From Calcarisporiella thermophila CBS 279.70 (taxonomy: Eukaryota; Fungi; Calcarisporiellomycota), in NCBI RefSeq assembly GCF_041956535.1, contig NW_027192196.1, positions 1,047,823 to 1,111,822 of the forward strand: a DNA stretch of 64,000 bases. Reading direction: 5' to 3'. This document shows, one piece after another, positions 48,514 to 61,150 of this stretch. Position 1 is the first letter of the stretch. The number at the start of each line of letters is the position of its first letter. The position numbers and the translations under genes were made by a program. Below the pieces are notes generated by a model. It was given only the letters and a program-made list of their open reading frames with translations, was not told where the DNA came from and made no database searches.

Positions 48514-50253
48514 ATGACTCTATCCTCCACATCCTCACCCCCCCAAGTCGCCGCTGCTTCTGATTCCATTACCTCTCCCATCCCAATCAACGGTCAAAAT
48601 GGGGGTAATGCCGACCCCGCGCTAGCCCTCCTCCCACCCAATGCCGGGCAAGAGGAGAGGAGCACCACATCGCTCACACCGCCGGATGAAGAGAGCATAC
48701 TGCGTAAGAAAATCTTGGAAATCCATTCCGACTCGTCCTTGGATGCCTTTAGGCGAGCCAAGAAGATCCAGGTAAATAGTTGTAATACCGGCGCGCATAA
48801 ATTTTGAGGCGTCAATGGATCGCGCTTTTTAGGATTTGATGTGCCTTCGGTGGCGAGCGAATCAGCAGGAAGTAAGCTATACGCGTGCCCCAGACGGCGT
48901 GGCATCACCCAAAGATTGCATGCCCAGCTACCATGTATGTGGTGATATTTTTATGAGTCTACCCGAGCACCAAAGTTTCAACATTCTAAATCGTGTTCTT
49001 CCTGACATTGGAATAGGATGCAAAAAAGAATATTCTAGGCTGCCAACACTATCGGCGCGGAATCAAACTTCAGGCCAACTGTTGCGGGCAGTGGTTTGTG
49101 TGTCGCTTCTGTCATGACGACGCCACTAGCCATAAAATTATCAGGTAAGAAATGTCTGGCCGGTTCTCGATCTCAAGCATCACAAACATATGATCCACTT
49201 GTCCATACCAATTCCAGGAAGGATACCAAATATATGCTGTGTATGCACTGTTTCGTTCCGCAGCCCGCTGCTCAATATTGCTCCCACTGTTCAGAGCGGC
49301 TGGCTCGCTACTACTGTTCCATTTGCAAATTTTGGGACGACGACCCCGATAAATCCATCTATCACTGCCATGACTGTGGCCTCTGTCGGATCGGACAAGG
49401 GTTGGGCGTCGACTATTTCCACTGTGTGAAGTGTAATGCTTGCATGGCCATGCAACTCTATGGGAACCACCGGTGCATCGAGAGGAACCTGGAGTGCAAC
49501 TGCCCAATTTGCGGGGAGTATCTATTCACAAGCAACACAAAAGTCATTTTTATGGTAGGTTATGGTTACTACTCCTCTTTCCACTTACTCCACAATTATC
49601 GCAACTAACTCCCCTTTTCCGTCTTGCAGCCATGTGGCCACAGTATCCACGATGATTGCTTCTCCCTCTACTCTCGCCGCGCATTCCAATGCCCTATCTG
49701 CCAGAAGGATATTGACGACATGACCAGCTATTATCGACAGCTGGACATTCTCCTGGCGAAGGAACAAATGCCACCTGCGTACCGGGACTACACATCTCTA
49801 GTGTTCTGCAATCAGTGCGAGCAGCGATGCGAGACACCTTACCACTTTTTGTATCACAAATGTAAAAACTGCGGAAGCTATAACGTTAGAGTCTTGGATA
49901 CTTATAGGCGGGAAAATGGCGCCCTCGAAGGAACTGATAGTCAAAATGGGGGCCAGGCTGCGAGCATAGCCGAGCGCACACCCACCACAAACACCCAGGA
50001 GACACCCTCTAATGGAATTCAGCCGGAGGCAATCGTCTCTCAGGCACATGATTTAAATGCGGAGTTATTTCAGCCCACGCTAGAGTCGTCCACCATGCAG
50101 TCATATCAGGCGGGCGAACTGAACGGGGAGCGGCTTCTAGTGTTGGGAGATATATTGGCTCGAGTCAATCTAATGGATGGAAGCGCATTGGCTAGGGGCG
50201 AAGAAGCATTGCTGGATGGAAACAATGATAGCCATGTACAGAGAGAAAACTGA
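48514..50253 (+). CDS. RING and CHY zinc finger E3 ligase (RCHY1/Pirh2-like)
   Basis: GCQHYRR..CC..CRFCHD CHY domain, CTCHY, CPIC RING, zinc ribbon HFLYHKCKNCGSYN. Confidence 0.9.
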
Positions 50254-50702
50254 CACATGGTGTTTGGTTATGGATGTTTAGCTCCCCTATTTAATTATTT
50301 TAATTGCTTTCTGCTCTTGTCTTTGTTGCCTTTGACGTTCTCTTTGTGCAGCAGTGCTCTTTCAAAGATTCCTTTATAGGACTTTCCACCTTTGTAATCT
50401 TCTAACCTCCCTCCCCCCTCCCTTCCTCTTCCTCCTCTTTTTTTTTTCTACTTTCCGGGTGACTTAATAACATGGGGCCGACGAGAAGTCTATGCTTACT
50501 GTTGAGATATATTTGTCTATTTATTCAGAATAAAAAAGGTTAAATAAGGATTCTTGATAAAGGGACAGCGTGTATATATTTTTTCCTTATTGTTTATTAT
50601 AATGATAAAGTCTACACAAAAATAAAGGAGAAGAGGATAGGGAGAGAAGTGTGTGATAAGCAAAGGGAATTCTTGTTTTGTCAGGCATCTCTCTTTCCCT
50701 CC

Positions 50703-51711
50703 TTAACCAATGACGAGTGTATTCTCATCGGCAAAGTTATATTCGGGAACCTCGAGATTGAGCGGAGCAGGTCCCTTTCGGATACGTCCACTGATATCAT
50801 AGTGCGAACCATGGCATGGGCCTAAATAAAAAAAGGCGCGTTTCACATAGGGTCAGTAGGCAGGTTCGGATCGCCTTTTCGGCGGGGTGCCCTATCCACT
50901 CGTCAATACTTACAATACCATCCACCAAACTCGCCGGCCTCACCGATCGGGACACACCCAAGATGGGTGCACACGCCGACCATCACAAGCCACTCTGGTT
51001 TCTTCACACGCTCGGCATCTGCTTGTGGATCGCGCAATGATGCTACGTCAACAGTGTTGGCCTCCTCAATTTCATCGGGGGTTCGGTGCCTGATAAACAC
51101 GGGCTTGTTCCTCCACTTAATTGTCACATTCTGACCCTCGGGAATGTTGGACAGATCAACTTCAACCTTGGCAAGCGCAAGCACATCGGCGGAGGCGGCC
51201 ATGTTTGAGAGGAAATCGTGCACGGTGGCCTTGGCACCGGCCATGGTGACGAAGGATGTGGTGCCGATCATAAGGTAGGTGAAGGCGCGGGAGTTATCTT
51301 CCGTGCTCTTCTGCTTGCGGACATCGGAAAAATCGGGGACATTGGTCTGGCCAGCAGCGGCAGAGGTATGGTGAAGGCGGGTGTAGCTGGGAGCAACAAC
51401 GGCTGTATTGGTGTCGAATGATATAAAGGATAAAGAATAAATAAATGTTTAGAACAAAATCCATGTCTCAGAAGGAGATAAAATCTTCACGAATTCTAAA
51501 CAAAATGAAAAGAATGCCTACCGTTAATCTTGGTGGTGTTCACCAAGGATCCCTCCAGGCGCTTGCTTGCAACACGATGGGCACCAGCATTGTGAGAGCG
51601 ATGAGCCACGGCCGCCGATGAGGAAGCCAGCTTCTTGAACGCCTGCCCGTACGGAGCTGTGACGTAGGTACGGTTCGAGAGCGCCGAGGCAAGAGAGCGT
51701 GAAAGAGACAT
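50703..51711 (-). CDS. RIP1: Cytochrome bc1 Rieske iron-sulfur subunit
   Basis: [27 protein letters not shown], mitochondrial presequence. Confidence 0.97.
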
Positions 51712-51937
51712 AGCTAAATGTCTTTTTAGCAAAAATGTCTAGTGCGATGTCGATTGACAACAAAAAAGAAGAGATGTTTGGAGTAGGTTGTTTTCTTCAA
51801 GTGTTTCTAATCGACGGGGGGTCCAAGGGATGACGTTGGCATATAAACAAGAGATTTCAGAAGGTTGTCAGCCACAAGATGGAGGGCAGGCGATTTCAAA
51901 CTCCCCTCGCCCTGTGTACCTTGAATTATTCCTGGGC

Positions 51938-51978
51938 CTTCTTGAAGGTTCCATCAAGACCCCACAATATATAAAAAA
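51938..51978 (+). promoter_or_regulatory. Heat-shock element and TATA box of Hsp70
   Basis: cTTCttGAAggTTCc (three inverted nGAAn units) at 51938-51952; TATATAAA at 51968. Confidence 0.8.
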
Positions 51979-52098
51979 GCCGGTTCTAAAGGCGTCGACC
52001 TTCAGTTCTTCAGTTTTTTTTTCTTCTTTACACACTTATTCGCTAAAAAACTTCCTTCACATACCTTCCCATTTTCATTTGCACACACTCTCATCATA

Positions 52099-54063
52099 AT
52101 GCCCGCTGAAAAAGCTGTTGGTATTGACTTGGGCACGACATACTCGTGCGTGGGTGTCTGGCAGAATGACCGAGTGGAGATTATTGCAAACGACCAAGGC
52201 AACCGGACCACTCCGTCATATGTCGCCTTCACCGATTCTGAGCGTCTTATTGGTGACGCAGCCAAGAACCAGGCCGCAATGAACCCCGAGAACACAGTAT
52301 TTGATGCGAAACGCCTCATCGGCCGCCGCTTCAACGAACCTGAAGTCCAATCGGATATGAAACACTGGCCATTCCATGTTGTTGAGAAGGACTCTAAGCC
52401 CTATATCGAGGTGGAATTCAAGGGGGAGAAGAAGCAGTTCACCCCCGAGGAAATCTCCTCCATGGTCCTGACGAAGATGCGCGACACCGCCGAAGCATAC
52501 CTTGGAACCAAAGTGACCCATGCTGTAATTACGGTCCCAGCCTACTTCAACGACTCTCAACGCCAGGCAACAAAAGACGCCGGCCTGATCGCCGGATTGA
52601 ACGTTCAGCGCATTATCAACGAACCTACCGCCGCTGCTATCGCATACGGTCTCGACAAGAAGGGCCAAGCAGGGGAGAAGAACGTGCTCATCTTTGACCT
52701 GGGAGGAGGCACATTTGACGTGTCGCTCCTGACCATTGAGGAGGGCATCTTCGAGGTGAAGGCAACCGCAGGTGATACCCATTTGGGCGGCGAAGATTTC
52801 GATAACCGGTTGGTGAACCACTTTATCCAAGAGTTCAAGCGCAAGCACAAGAAAGATATCAGCGGAAATCGCCGTGCCGTCCGCCGCCTCCGCATTGCTT
52901 GCGAGCGCGCAAAACGCGTCCTCTCCTCCGCAACACAGGCTTCTATTGAAGTCGACTCTCTGTACGAAGGCGTTGACTTCTACACCTCGATCACCCGTGC
53001 TCGTTTCGAGGAGCTTTGCGCCGATCTGTTCCGTGCTACACTTGAGCCTGTGGAGAAGGTGCTGCGCGACTCTAAGATCGACAAATCTCAGGTGGACGAG
53101 ATCGTACTGGTGGGCGGGTCCACTCGTATTCCCAAGATCCAGAAGCTCGTGTCCGACTTCTTCAACGGCAAGGAGCCCAACAAATCCATCAATCCTGACG
53201 AGGCAGTTGCCTACGGTGCCGCCGTGCAGGCTGCCATCCTTGCTGGTGATACTTCGGAGAAGACACAGGACTTGCTGTTGCTCGATGTGACTCCTCTGTC
53301 GCTTGGTATCGAAACTGCGGGTGGAGTGATGACGACCCTTATCAAGCGTAACACGACCATTCCCACGAAGAAGTCCGAGATCTTCTCGACGTATGCGGAC
53401 AACCAGCCCGGTGTGTTGATCCAGGTATACGAAGGTGAGCGTGCCCGCACCAAGGACAACAACCTTCTCGGTAAGTTCGAGCTCACGGGCATTCCCCCGG
53501 CTCCACGTGGCGTGCCCCAGATCGAGGTCACCTTCGACGTAGATGCCAACGGTATCATGAACGTGACTGCTGTGGACAAGACCACGGGTCGCTCGAACAA
53601 GATCACCATCACCAACGACAAGGGCCGCTTGTCGAAGGAGGATATCGAGCGCATGGTCAGCGATGCCGAAAAGTACAAGGCCGAGGACGAGGCGGCAGCA
53701 TCACGCATCCAAGCCAAGAACGGCCTTGAGTCGTACGCCTACAACCTCCGCAACTCGATCCAGGACGAGAAGCTCGCCGAGAAGCTCAGCGCAGATGATA
53801 AGAAGAAGCTGGATGATGCGGTTACCGAGGCGATCAAGTGGCTTGATGAGAACCAGGAGGCGGAGAAGGATGAGTACGAGGACAAGCAGAAGGAACTTGA
53901 GCAAATCGCAAATCCGATCATGATGAAGCTATATGGCGCTGGAGGTATGCCGGGCGGAGTACCGGGTGGAGCACCCGGCGGTTTCCCCGGTGGTGCTGCA
54001 CCTGGAGGATTCCCAGCGGGCGGCTCAGATAACGCCGGCCCCACCATCGAGGAGGTGGACTAA
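52099..54063 (+). CDS. HSP70: Cytosolic Hsp70 (SSA class), intronless
   Basis: [22 protein letters not shown]-terminal GPTIEEVD. Confidence 0.98.
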   Translation: MPAEKAVGIDLGTTYSCVGVWQNDRVEIIANDQGNRTTPSYVAFTDSERLIGDAAKNQAAMNPENTVFDAKRLIGRRFNEPEVQSDMKHWPFHVVEKDSKPYIEVEFKGEKKQFTPEEISSMVLTKMRDTAEAYLGTKVTHAVITVPAYFNDSQRQATKDAGLIAGLNVQRIINEPTAAAIAYGLDKKGQAGEKNVLIFDLGGGTFDVSLLTIEEGIFEVKATAGDTHLGGEDFDNRLVNHFIQEFKRKHKKDISGNRRAVRRLRIACERAKRVLSSATQASIEVDSLYEGVDFYTSITRARFEELCADLFRATLEPVEKVLRDSKIDKSQVDEIVLVGGSTRIPKIQKLVSDFFNGKEPNKSINPDEAVAYGAAVQAAILAGDTSEKTQDLLLLDVTPLSLGIETAGGVMTTLIKRNTTIPTKKSEIFSTYADNQPGVLIQVYEGERARTKDNNLLGKFELTGIPPAPRGVPQIEVTFDVDANGIMNVTAVDKTTGRSNKITITNDKGRLSKEDIERMVSDAEKYKAEDEAAASRIQAKNGLESYAYNLRNSIQDEKLAEKLSADDKKKLDDAVTEAIKWLDENQEAEKDEYEDKQKELEQIANPIMMKLYGAGGMPGGVPGGAPGGFPGGAAPGGFPAGGSDNAGPTIEEVD

Positions 54064-55258
54064 ATGGAGCAAGTGCCCGGTTTGATAATTTGATTTCTAC
54101 GCGTGTATAGAGTTTTTTTTTTTTGGTTATTATTTAGAGGTTTATCGTTTTATCCCTCTGCCATTTATGTTGCTTTCCTTGTCTCTCGTGAACGCTCTCT
54201 TTCCAGTGGAGCGCTAAAATGTCACGAGTATGCTTGCGCTTTATTTGTATTTCTATTGAAAATAAACTATTATATGATATATGAACTGCTCTTATTGTTA
54301 TTTAAAATAGTTATGATTTCATCGAAAAGGAGTATAGCAAAAGATAAGAGTAAAATAATTAAAGAGTAAATCAGCCAAGGAATAATTTTTGGTAATAGCA
54401 TGATCCTGGAGCGCGTTTATTGCGAAGGCGCAAGAGCGTGTTCACTGCCACCGTCACTCTGTCGCTTTGAACCCATGGCCTGGATGCTTAATATAATTGA
54501 CCTCTTTACCATTTAGTGCTGGCTAACATTCTATCTTCACTATTGTGTAGTCTACACTTGCGCCTGTTCCGTTATTTGAAGTATTTCGCATTATTTCTTG
54601 GATTCTATTATGCCTTTTAATTGACAATATGATGAAACCCTAGTCATCAGAGAAGGAAGTGGTATAAGATTCGATTTGAGCTACAGAGAAGTTATGCTAC
54701 ACTGCATCGGAGACTGGAGAGCGGGGTTCGGTAGTGTATATATCACTATAAGGCACAATGCTATATTTAGGACGCCATAGATGAAAGGTGATCACCAACC
54801 ACTTCAGGGCCATAAACATTTAAAGGCCAAGGATAAAATTTAGTGTTTCTTTTATTCTGAAGCTAACAATTAGTATTCAACAAAGAATGGTAAAAAAGAG
54901 AATAACGTATTGACAAGTTCATCTATTTCACACAGAAGAAAGAGGGGAAGAGGGAGGGGGGGAATCTACCTTACAGAAAGATAAGAAAAGAACTATAAAA
55001 AAATAAGCTAGCAAAGGGATAAATGTTGAAAGATGCTGCAAGGAAGAAAGTTAACATTAACACACAGGAATAGACACATTTTTAAAACCGAATTTGTAAT
55101 AGAAGAGCATTATTGTATCGTTCTATATTAAAACCGTGCAGGGTTATAAAGCACACGGTCTAAAATAAAAAAAAAAAAGAAGATATGAAGGCGCCCCATC
55201 CTGGCGCATAGAGAATAAGTGGATACTCCATTTCGAAGCAGAAGCCGCGTGCAGCATT

Positions 55259-58132
55259 CTAGAGTTCGAAGTCTCTATCTCGCGTGGCTACCGTGGTGAG
55301 CCCCTGGCTCCTTGCGACCACTGAGCTGGGGCGGAGCATCTCGTCTAAGTTGTGATGCAAAGAGAGCTCTGGCAACACTATCAAGTACACAGTACAGAGA
55401 AGAAGGCATAAATATTCAGTGGGCCATGGTGGAATAAAGAAATCCATGATGAAGGCTTACGTTGCTCGCCTGCTGCGCTCCCGAATTGTGCGCTATCAAA
55501 CCGATGCTACGGAAAAGTAATGGTTATATGTTACTCTTCGTTCACTATATTGAGCCCAAAAAAAAAGGCAGTCGGAGAAGTTGGGCTTACCATTTCATCG
55601 TAGATGGTCAACATCTCCTTTTCTATGTCGCCCTCCAAATTCATATTTACGTCCCACTTCATTATTTTTTCTTTTTTTGATTGTCTCTCCAAGTCCGCGT
55701 CTATAGGGGAATCTGGTCGCTCAACGCTTTCCGCCATACCGTTCGCCCACACTCCGTTGGAATTTATCGGGGGCCCATCCCCCCTCATGGTGGTATCTAG
55801 TCGTGCTGCTAGTGGCACAATATCATCGTTGTCTGCATCTATGACATGGTTCTCCAAACCACCCAGAGGCTCAGCTCGACTTTTGATTTTTTGCTCCCCC
55901 CTAACAACATGATGGCATTATATTAGACAAAAACGTTTCAATATTTACCGAGAGAGGTCACGTACATCTTTTTAGCTTGCTTGTAGTGCTCTGTGCACTG
56001 GTCGAACAGCTCTGGATTGGCATTCATGAAGAAGCGGAGGGCATGGAGGGCGAGGTTATGGGTAGACCTAAAATCAACAGTGTCAAAGACGGCGGGGATC
56101 AGCGAGGGAAATGGTGAAATAAAAAGCTTAAAGGATACAATACCGATTCCATCTCCTTCCCTCAGATTCCCAGAGCTCTCCCAAAACAAGCGGCATCACC
56201 ACACTCGCGTTTTCACCCATCAACCCCACGATCCATTCGTGTTGCCAATAGCCCAAGGCTCGCTCAGCAACTTGGAAATGATGACTGGAGATGCATCGGG
56301 CCAATTGCTTCATCAAGGGAACCTGGATACGCTGGAAAATGTGCGGCTCCGTGATGTCCAGTATATCTTCCAGCTCGACCAGGAAAAGTAGTTGTTTTGC
56401 CGTGCTAGTTTTGGGCCAATACTTCAGTAGGCCCAACACCACCTATTATCGCAGTAGAGGATCAGAGAAGAGAGAGGTGAGAAATTTGTTGATATATATA
56501 TTTTTAAACTAAAATCCAAAAAAAATAAAGGGGATGAGGCTCACTTCTTCAGTAAGGCGTGGATCTTTTTCCAGGAATTGGACAACGCAATAAGTAAGTT
56601 GAGGATGGAATGTCGGGAGAGATCGGGTCTTGTGTAGGGGAATAAGCACACGGATTAAAAACGTTTTGTGCTCCGCCTTCAGGGGCAGTGCAAATCCGTT
56701 GATGATACTTTTTTTTTTAAAAATAAGCATTGGGTTAGAATCATACTCAACGAGCAGTGAAAAAAATGGGTGCATTACCTTCCAAGGATTTCCAGCAACT
56801 CTGCTATGCCGTTTTGTCGCTCCGTCTCATAAATAAAACGTAGAAAGATATTGCTGATATTGCGGCGGATAAAGGCCCGCAGTTGCAGGAACTTGCCATA
56901 GATGCGATGGAGGGTGGTTTTGAGAAGGTCGCGCTCGCGGGGATCTTCACTGTCGAACAACTCCAGTAGCTGTCATGAAAATAAAAGAAAATTTAGCTTC
57001 GTTTCCTAAATCCCAAGGTCGGTCTGGAAATACCCGTAATATGAAGCGTTGATCTACATAGCGCTTTGCTATTGAAGTAGAGAAATCGGGCGACTCAACA
57101 AAACGTAGGAACACTTCGTAGACTAGTTGGAGATGCGGCCATGCGGGGTTCAGTACGGGCTCGTCTTCCTCAGAGGGATCAAGTGGATGCACAGAGGATC
57201 CAGAAGATGGAGAAAGGGTGCGAAACACATTGGTAGCAAACTAGGAGGAGCAAACACATGTCAACGTCTCAGTGAAAGAATGCAGACTCTAATCCATATA
57301 TACCATCGAGAACACTGCCGGATAGACATGCTCAGTAATCACTCCTTGATTGCAGGATATGTATTCAAGAATTTCTATCAGGGTCCGCCGCTTAATCTCC
57401 TTGTCTTCAAGGTTGGAAGCTGCATCGCTGAAGTCGAAAACTACCAAGCATTGCCGGAGTTTTTTAATCAGCAGCTCTTGTCTCGCCCCGGCGATTATCT
57501 CTATTATATCAAAAGCGTGCACAGAAATAAAGAGTAAATACCACGTAGAGCTGCCACAATTAGATAGAGTGGGTTGAAGGGGTACCATTAAAGCCGCACA
57601 AGCGCTCTATCCTCACGCCCTCTTCTCTTGATGCTTGGTGTTTTGAAGAAGGTTGCCGCCAAGGACCCTTACTTACAATCGGGGCGGATTCCTTTGGCGG
57701 AGGATGGAACCGGCTTTGTGAATCTATATTCATGCTTTCTTTATTATCGTCTTGAGAGGGATTGGTATGCTGACTATTTGTATTGTGGAGGATCTATAGC
57801 GGCAAGTTTGTGGATGGTCATGAAATGGCGATTAGAAAGCTAAGCAAAAGGTCATACTGGGACATTTACATTATCGGCGTTGTTCCAGGCAGGATTTATG
57901 AACATGATCGGCACATCCTCGAACGATGGATCGAAATCTTCGCCCCCTTCGTTATCTCTATAATATGGGTGGAACTCGCCTACTGGTGGTGAATGGCTAG
58001 TATACTGATAGGGAGGAGGAGGAAGAGAAGATAATTTAGTTAGTTCCACATGGAAATGGCGAAAGAGGGGCGAGCTCAACAATATATACAAGGCATGGTC
58101 AACTTACTTGTATATTTCGGTGCATCACTCAT
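55259..58132 (-). CDS. PP2A regulatory subunit B56/B' (Rts1/Par family), divergent termini
   Basis: [58 protein letters not shown]; start and last exons approximate. Confidence 0.85.
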
Positions 58133-58915
58133 CAATGTCTTTCCGTTAGAAAATAAAATATATATATTTATCAAACTGAAACAAAGTGGAGGAACCAATA
58201 CGATTAGCTGCAAATACACGCCAATTCTTTGATAACAGGACATCCAACGTACCGGTTCTAGCGAGGAATTAAGCAGCCAATGTGGATTCTAAATTTAAGA
58301 CGAAGCAGGCAGGCCATGATTAATGGAATCAGTGCCAATCACTCCAATCATCCCTGAAACAAGCGAAGTGCTCCAGACAAGGTACTTACTCAGAATGTTT
58401 GACTAGCGGCTGGAGCTGAGGAAGAGGCTGGGTCAAGGCGAAGGAGGATGGCAGGAAATGGGGAGAATTTCAGGCCGATGGGCAGAGGGATGAAGGCATG
58501 TTCTGCGGGAATCAGGGAAAACAACCGCAGGGAGGGCCAATACAACCAGCACCCTCCAAAACCGTTTTAAGAAAACTATTAAATAATTTTCTTTTGGATT
58601 CAGCGGAGCGCGAAAATATTTAAAGTCAACAGGAGAAACAGCTCAATGCGCATGGGCCAATTTCCTCATATAACCTAGCCTCCCTGCCGGAGCCTCTGTC
58701 TATTGCTCGCCCGACCCAAGGTTAGGGCGGCCATTGGCATTTGTGGGCTTATCAAGCAAGTACAGGCAGAGAAGGCGAATGCGAGAGAAAAACAACCCGA
58801 GGACCGGGGAGAGTCTCCCCCCATTTCACAATGACCAAATACATTCAAGACCAAACAAAAGACCAAACAAACCAAAAGACACAAGATACACAGACACAGC
58901 CCGGTCCCCTAGCGC

Positions 58916-61150
58916 TCAGCGGCCATGGCGATTGCACAGCATATTCATCAGCACCTGGTTCTCCACCTCCACCATCTCCGAGTTCACGTGGTTCGACGCG
59001 CATGTCTCGCTGAGCCTCTTCCTCTCCCTCGGCAGCTGCCTCGCCATCTCGTACACATCCCAAACCTCCGCCCCCAGATCCCGCGTCAGCATCTGGCGGG
59101 CTATGCGGTCGTAGGCCTCCACCCGCAGGGTGGTGTATCTCCTGCCCTCGTAGTCTATGCGGCAGCAAAAATACTGCGGCGGGCGGTAGACGATCCGCGT
59201 GCCGTAGGGGAGATAGCGCTGGCGGAGGAAGGAGACGAGGCGAGTAAGTTCCGTATAAAACTGGTAGTACGGCAGGAAGGCTGCGTCCCAATTGCCGAGG
59301 GAGACAATGAGGAGCCGAGGGGGGGCCAAGGTGAGATACCAGCGCTTGTGCTTGGGCTGGGGGTGGGAAGCGCCGGCCGGCAGGTCAGGGATCTGCTGCC
59401 TGATCACGGATTCCTACAGGCCGAGGGGTGAGCTTCTATGCTTAGACAAGGGTCAGCAGAGGAACCCCCGAAGGGGAAACCTACCTCAGGATAGTCGATG
59501 AAAAGCTGGTCCCAGGCCGGATTGTTGAATTGCGTCAGTCCATCCCACTTGTAGTTCCAGATCTCTGCGGATTTGAGGACTCCTTGCTCGTCTTTATTCC
59601 CGATGATTATCTATACAGAAGGACCCCCGATTAGCTACCCCTGTTCATATCACACCGAAGAAGATCCAAATGGCTCACATGGTTCGCGCGCTGAACCGGA
59701 TCGAACAGAGTAGTGTTCCAGTCTGCCTCGAGATAGTCCTCGCAATGACAGGCAGTTTGCTTGGCGGTGCTGGCCATGGCTAGCGACTGCTCGTTGCACC
59801 AAGCACCTTGTGTGATGATCTTCTTGAGCGCACGCCGCGTGTTGGAATCCCCAAGCCAGTGGATTAGAGGGTAATTATCGTGAAGACAATCATTGAACTG
59901 TTCGTACGTGTATTGGCTAGGTAAAGTAATTGTGATCAAAAGGAGTGTCAGCACAAAGTAGAGCCTCATTAGAATCGAAGCGTTGCTAAACTAAAGAATA
60001 ATTACATATATCGGCACGTATAGGGCGCCCATACAAGACCGGCGCCCTCGGTGGCAGCCGGCGAATTCTTAGGATATTCATAATATTTGAACTCTTTCAT
60101 TGGAACCCATCGACCAGCGTGGTCTCCACGCGTGCAAACGGGCAGGTAGAAGTGATGGCTCGCACTCAAACTTGCGACTGGGATGCCTTCGTATTTCAAG
60201 TTTTCCTTCAGAGCCTCGGGGACCGGCTTCACCTGAAGCGTTAGCCCATTGGGGTTGGGAATTTCTGTGGGGAGATAGGGGACCATCGGTTGGCCGTCGT
60301 ATTCGAAATTCCAGCGTCCATCCCGATACTCTAGCAACGCCTGCAGGTCATACAATCCTGGGTCTACAATCTGTACTTCAGCCTCATAGATATGGATTCC
60401 ATCTCGTGGAACAAGAGCATGCTGGGCAAGGGATGCGGACCGATTTCTCCATGCGGGAAAGTGCGGGTATGAATCAAAGATGACGGCATGGCCAGGCCAT
60501 TGCTTCAATTTGGCATCGACAACTATTCCAGAGGTGCGTGAAACAGCATTGAGACTAATGCTATCCCAGAAACTGTCGTGAATAGGCTGATAGCTGTATC
60601 GCCACATGTCCTGCACCTCTGGGGCTTCCGGCGATAGAGCAGGCAGAAAAATTCGCAAACAGAAGGGTTGAGTCGGCAATAGATCCACCGTTACGTTATG
60701 ACCTCTGCGTTTTGGAAGAGGTGGAATAAGTATCTCGGGCTGGCTGAGACGAGTAGAAGGTTTGCCAGATGCCAAAAGGATATTTTCAGGGCCACGCTCC
60801 AACATGAGGGCCTGCTCAATATGGGAAGGAAGGGGCATGTTTTCACAAGCGTATCGCCTAAAGTCATCCACAGCGTGTTCTCTGTGTAGAAATTCTCGCG
60901 ATGACTTCAACCCCATCCCTTCCATCCATTCCCCTGCAGCTTTAGCTTCACGCGTTTCAGTCCTGAGAATTTCTCGAACATAGGCAAAGAGGACAATAAA
61001 GGACGCAATAGTAAGGACCGAGAATACTAGGACAATCTTTTTATGAGTGTTGCGTATATATGAGGAGAATAAGGAGGAAGGTTTCTCCGTGGTGTCTTTA
61101 GGTGTGGATGACAGAAGAGGTATATAGAATGTTGAGGATTTTCCAAGCAT
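58916..61150 (-). CDS. Type II membrane NXPE/PC-esterase (SGNH)-like protein
   Basis: N-terminal TM anchor, Ig-like YEAEVQIVDPGLYDL, C..GRW...VWAPYTC, WLGDSNTRR, C-terminal SNHV...NQVLMNMLC. Confidence 0.7.

Noticed and set aside
52216-54047. Long antisense ORFs over Hsp70 and other GC-rich genes
   Set aside because: Shadow ORFs caused by codon bias
56125-56145. U12-type GTATCCTTT 5' splice motif in a B56 intron
   Set aside because: The frame requires the gtattg donor 5 nt upstream; no U12 branch site
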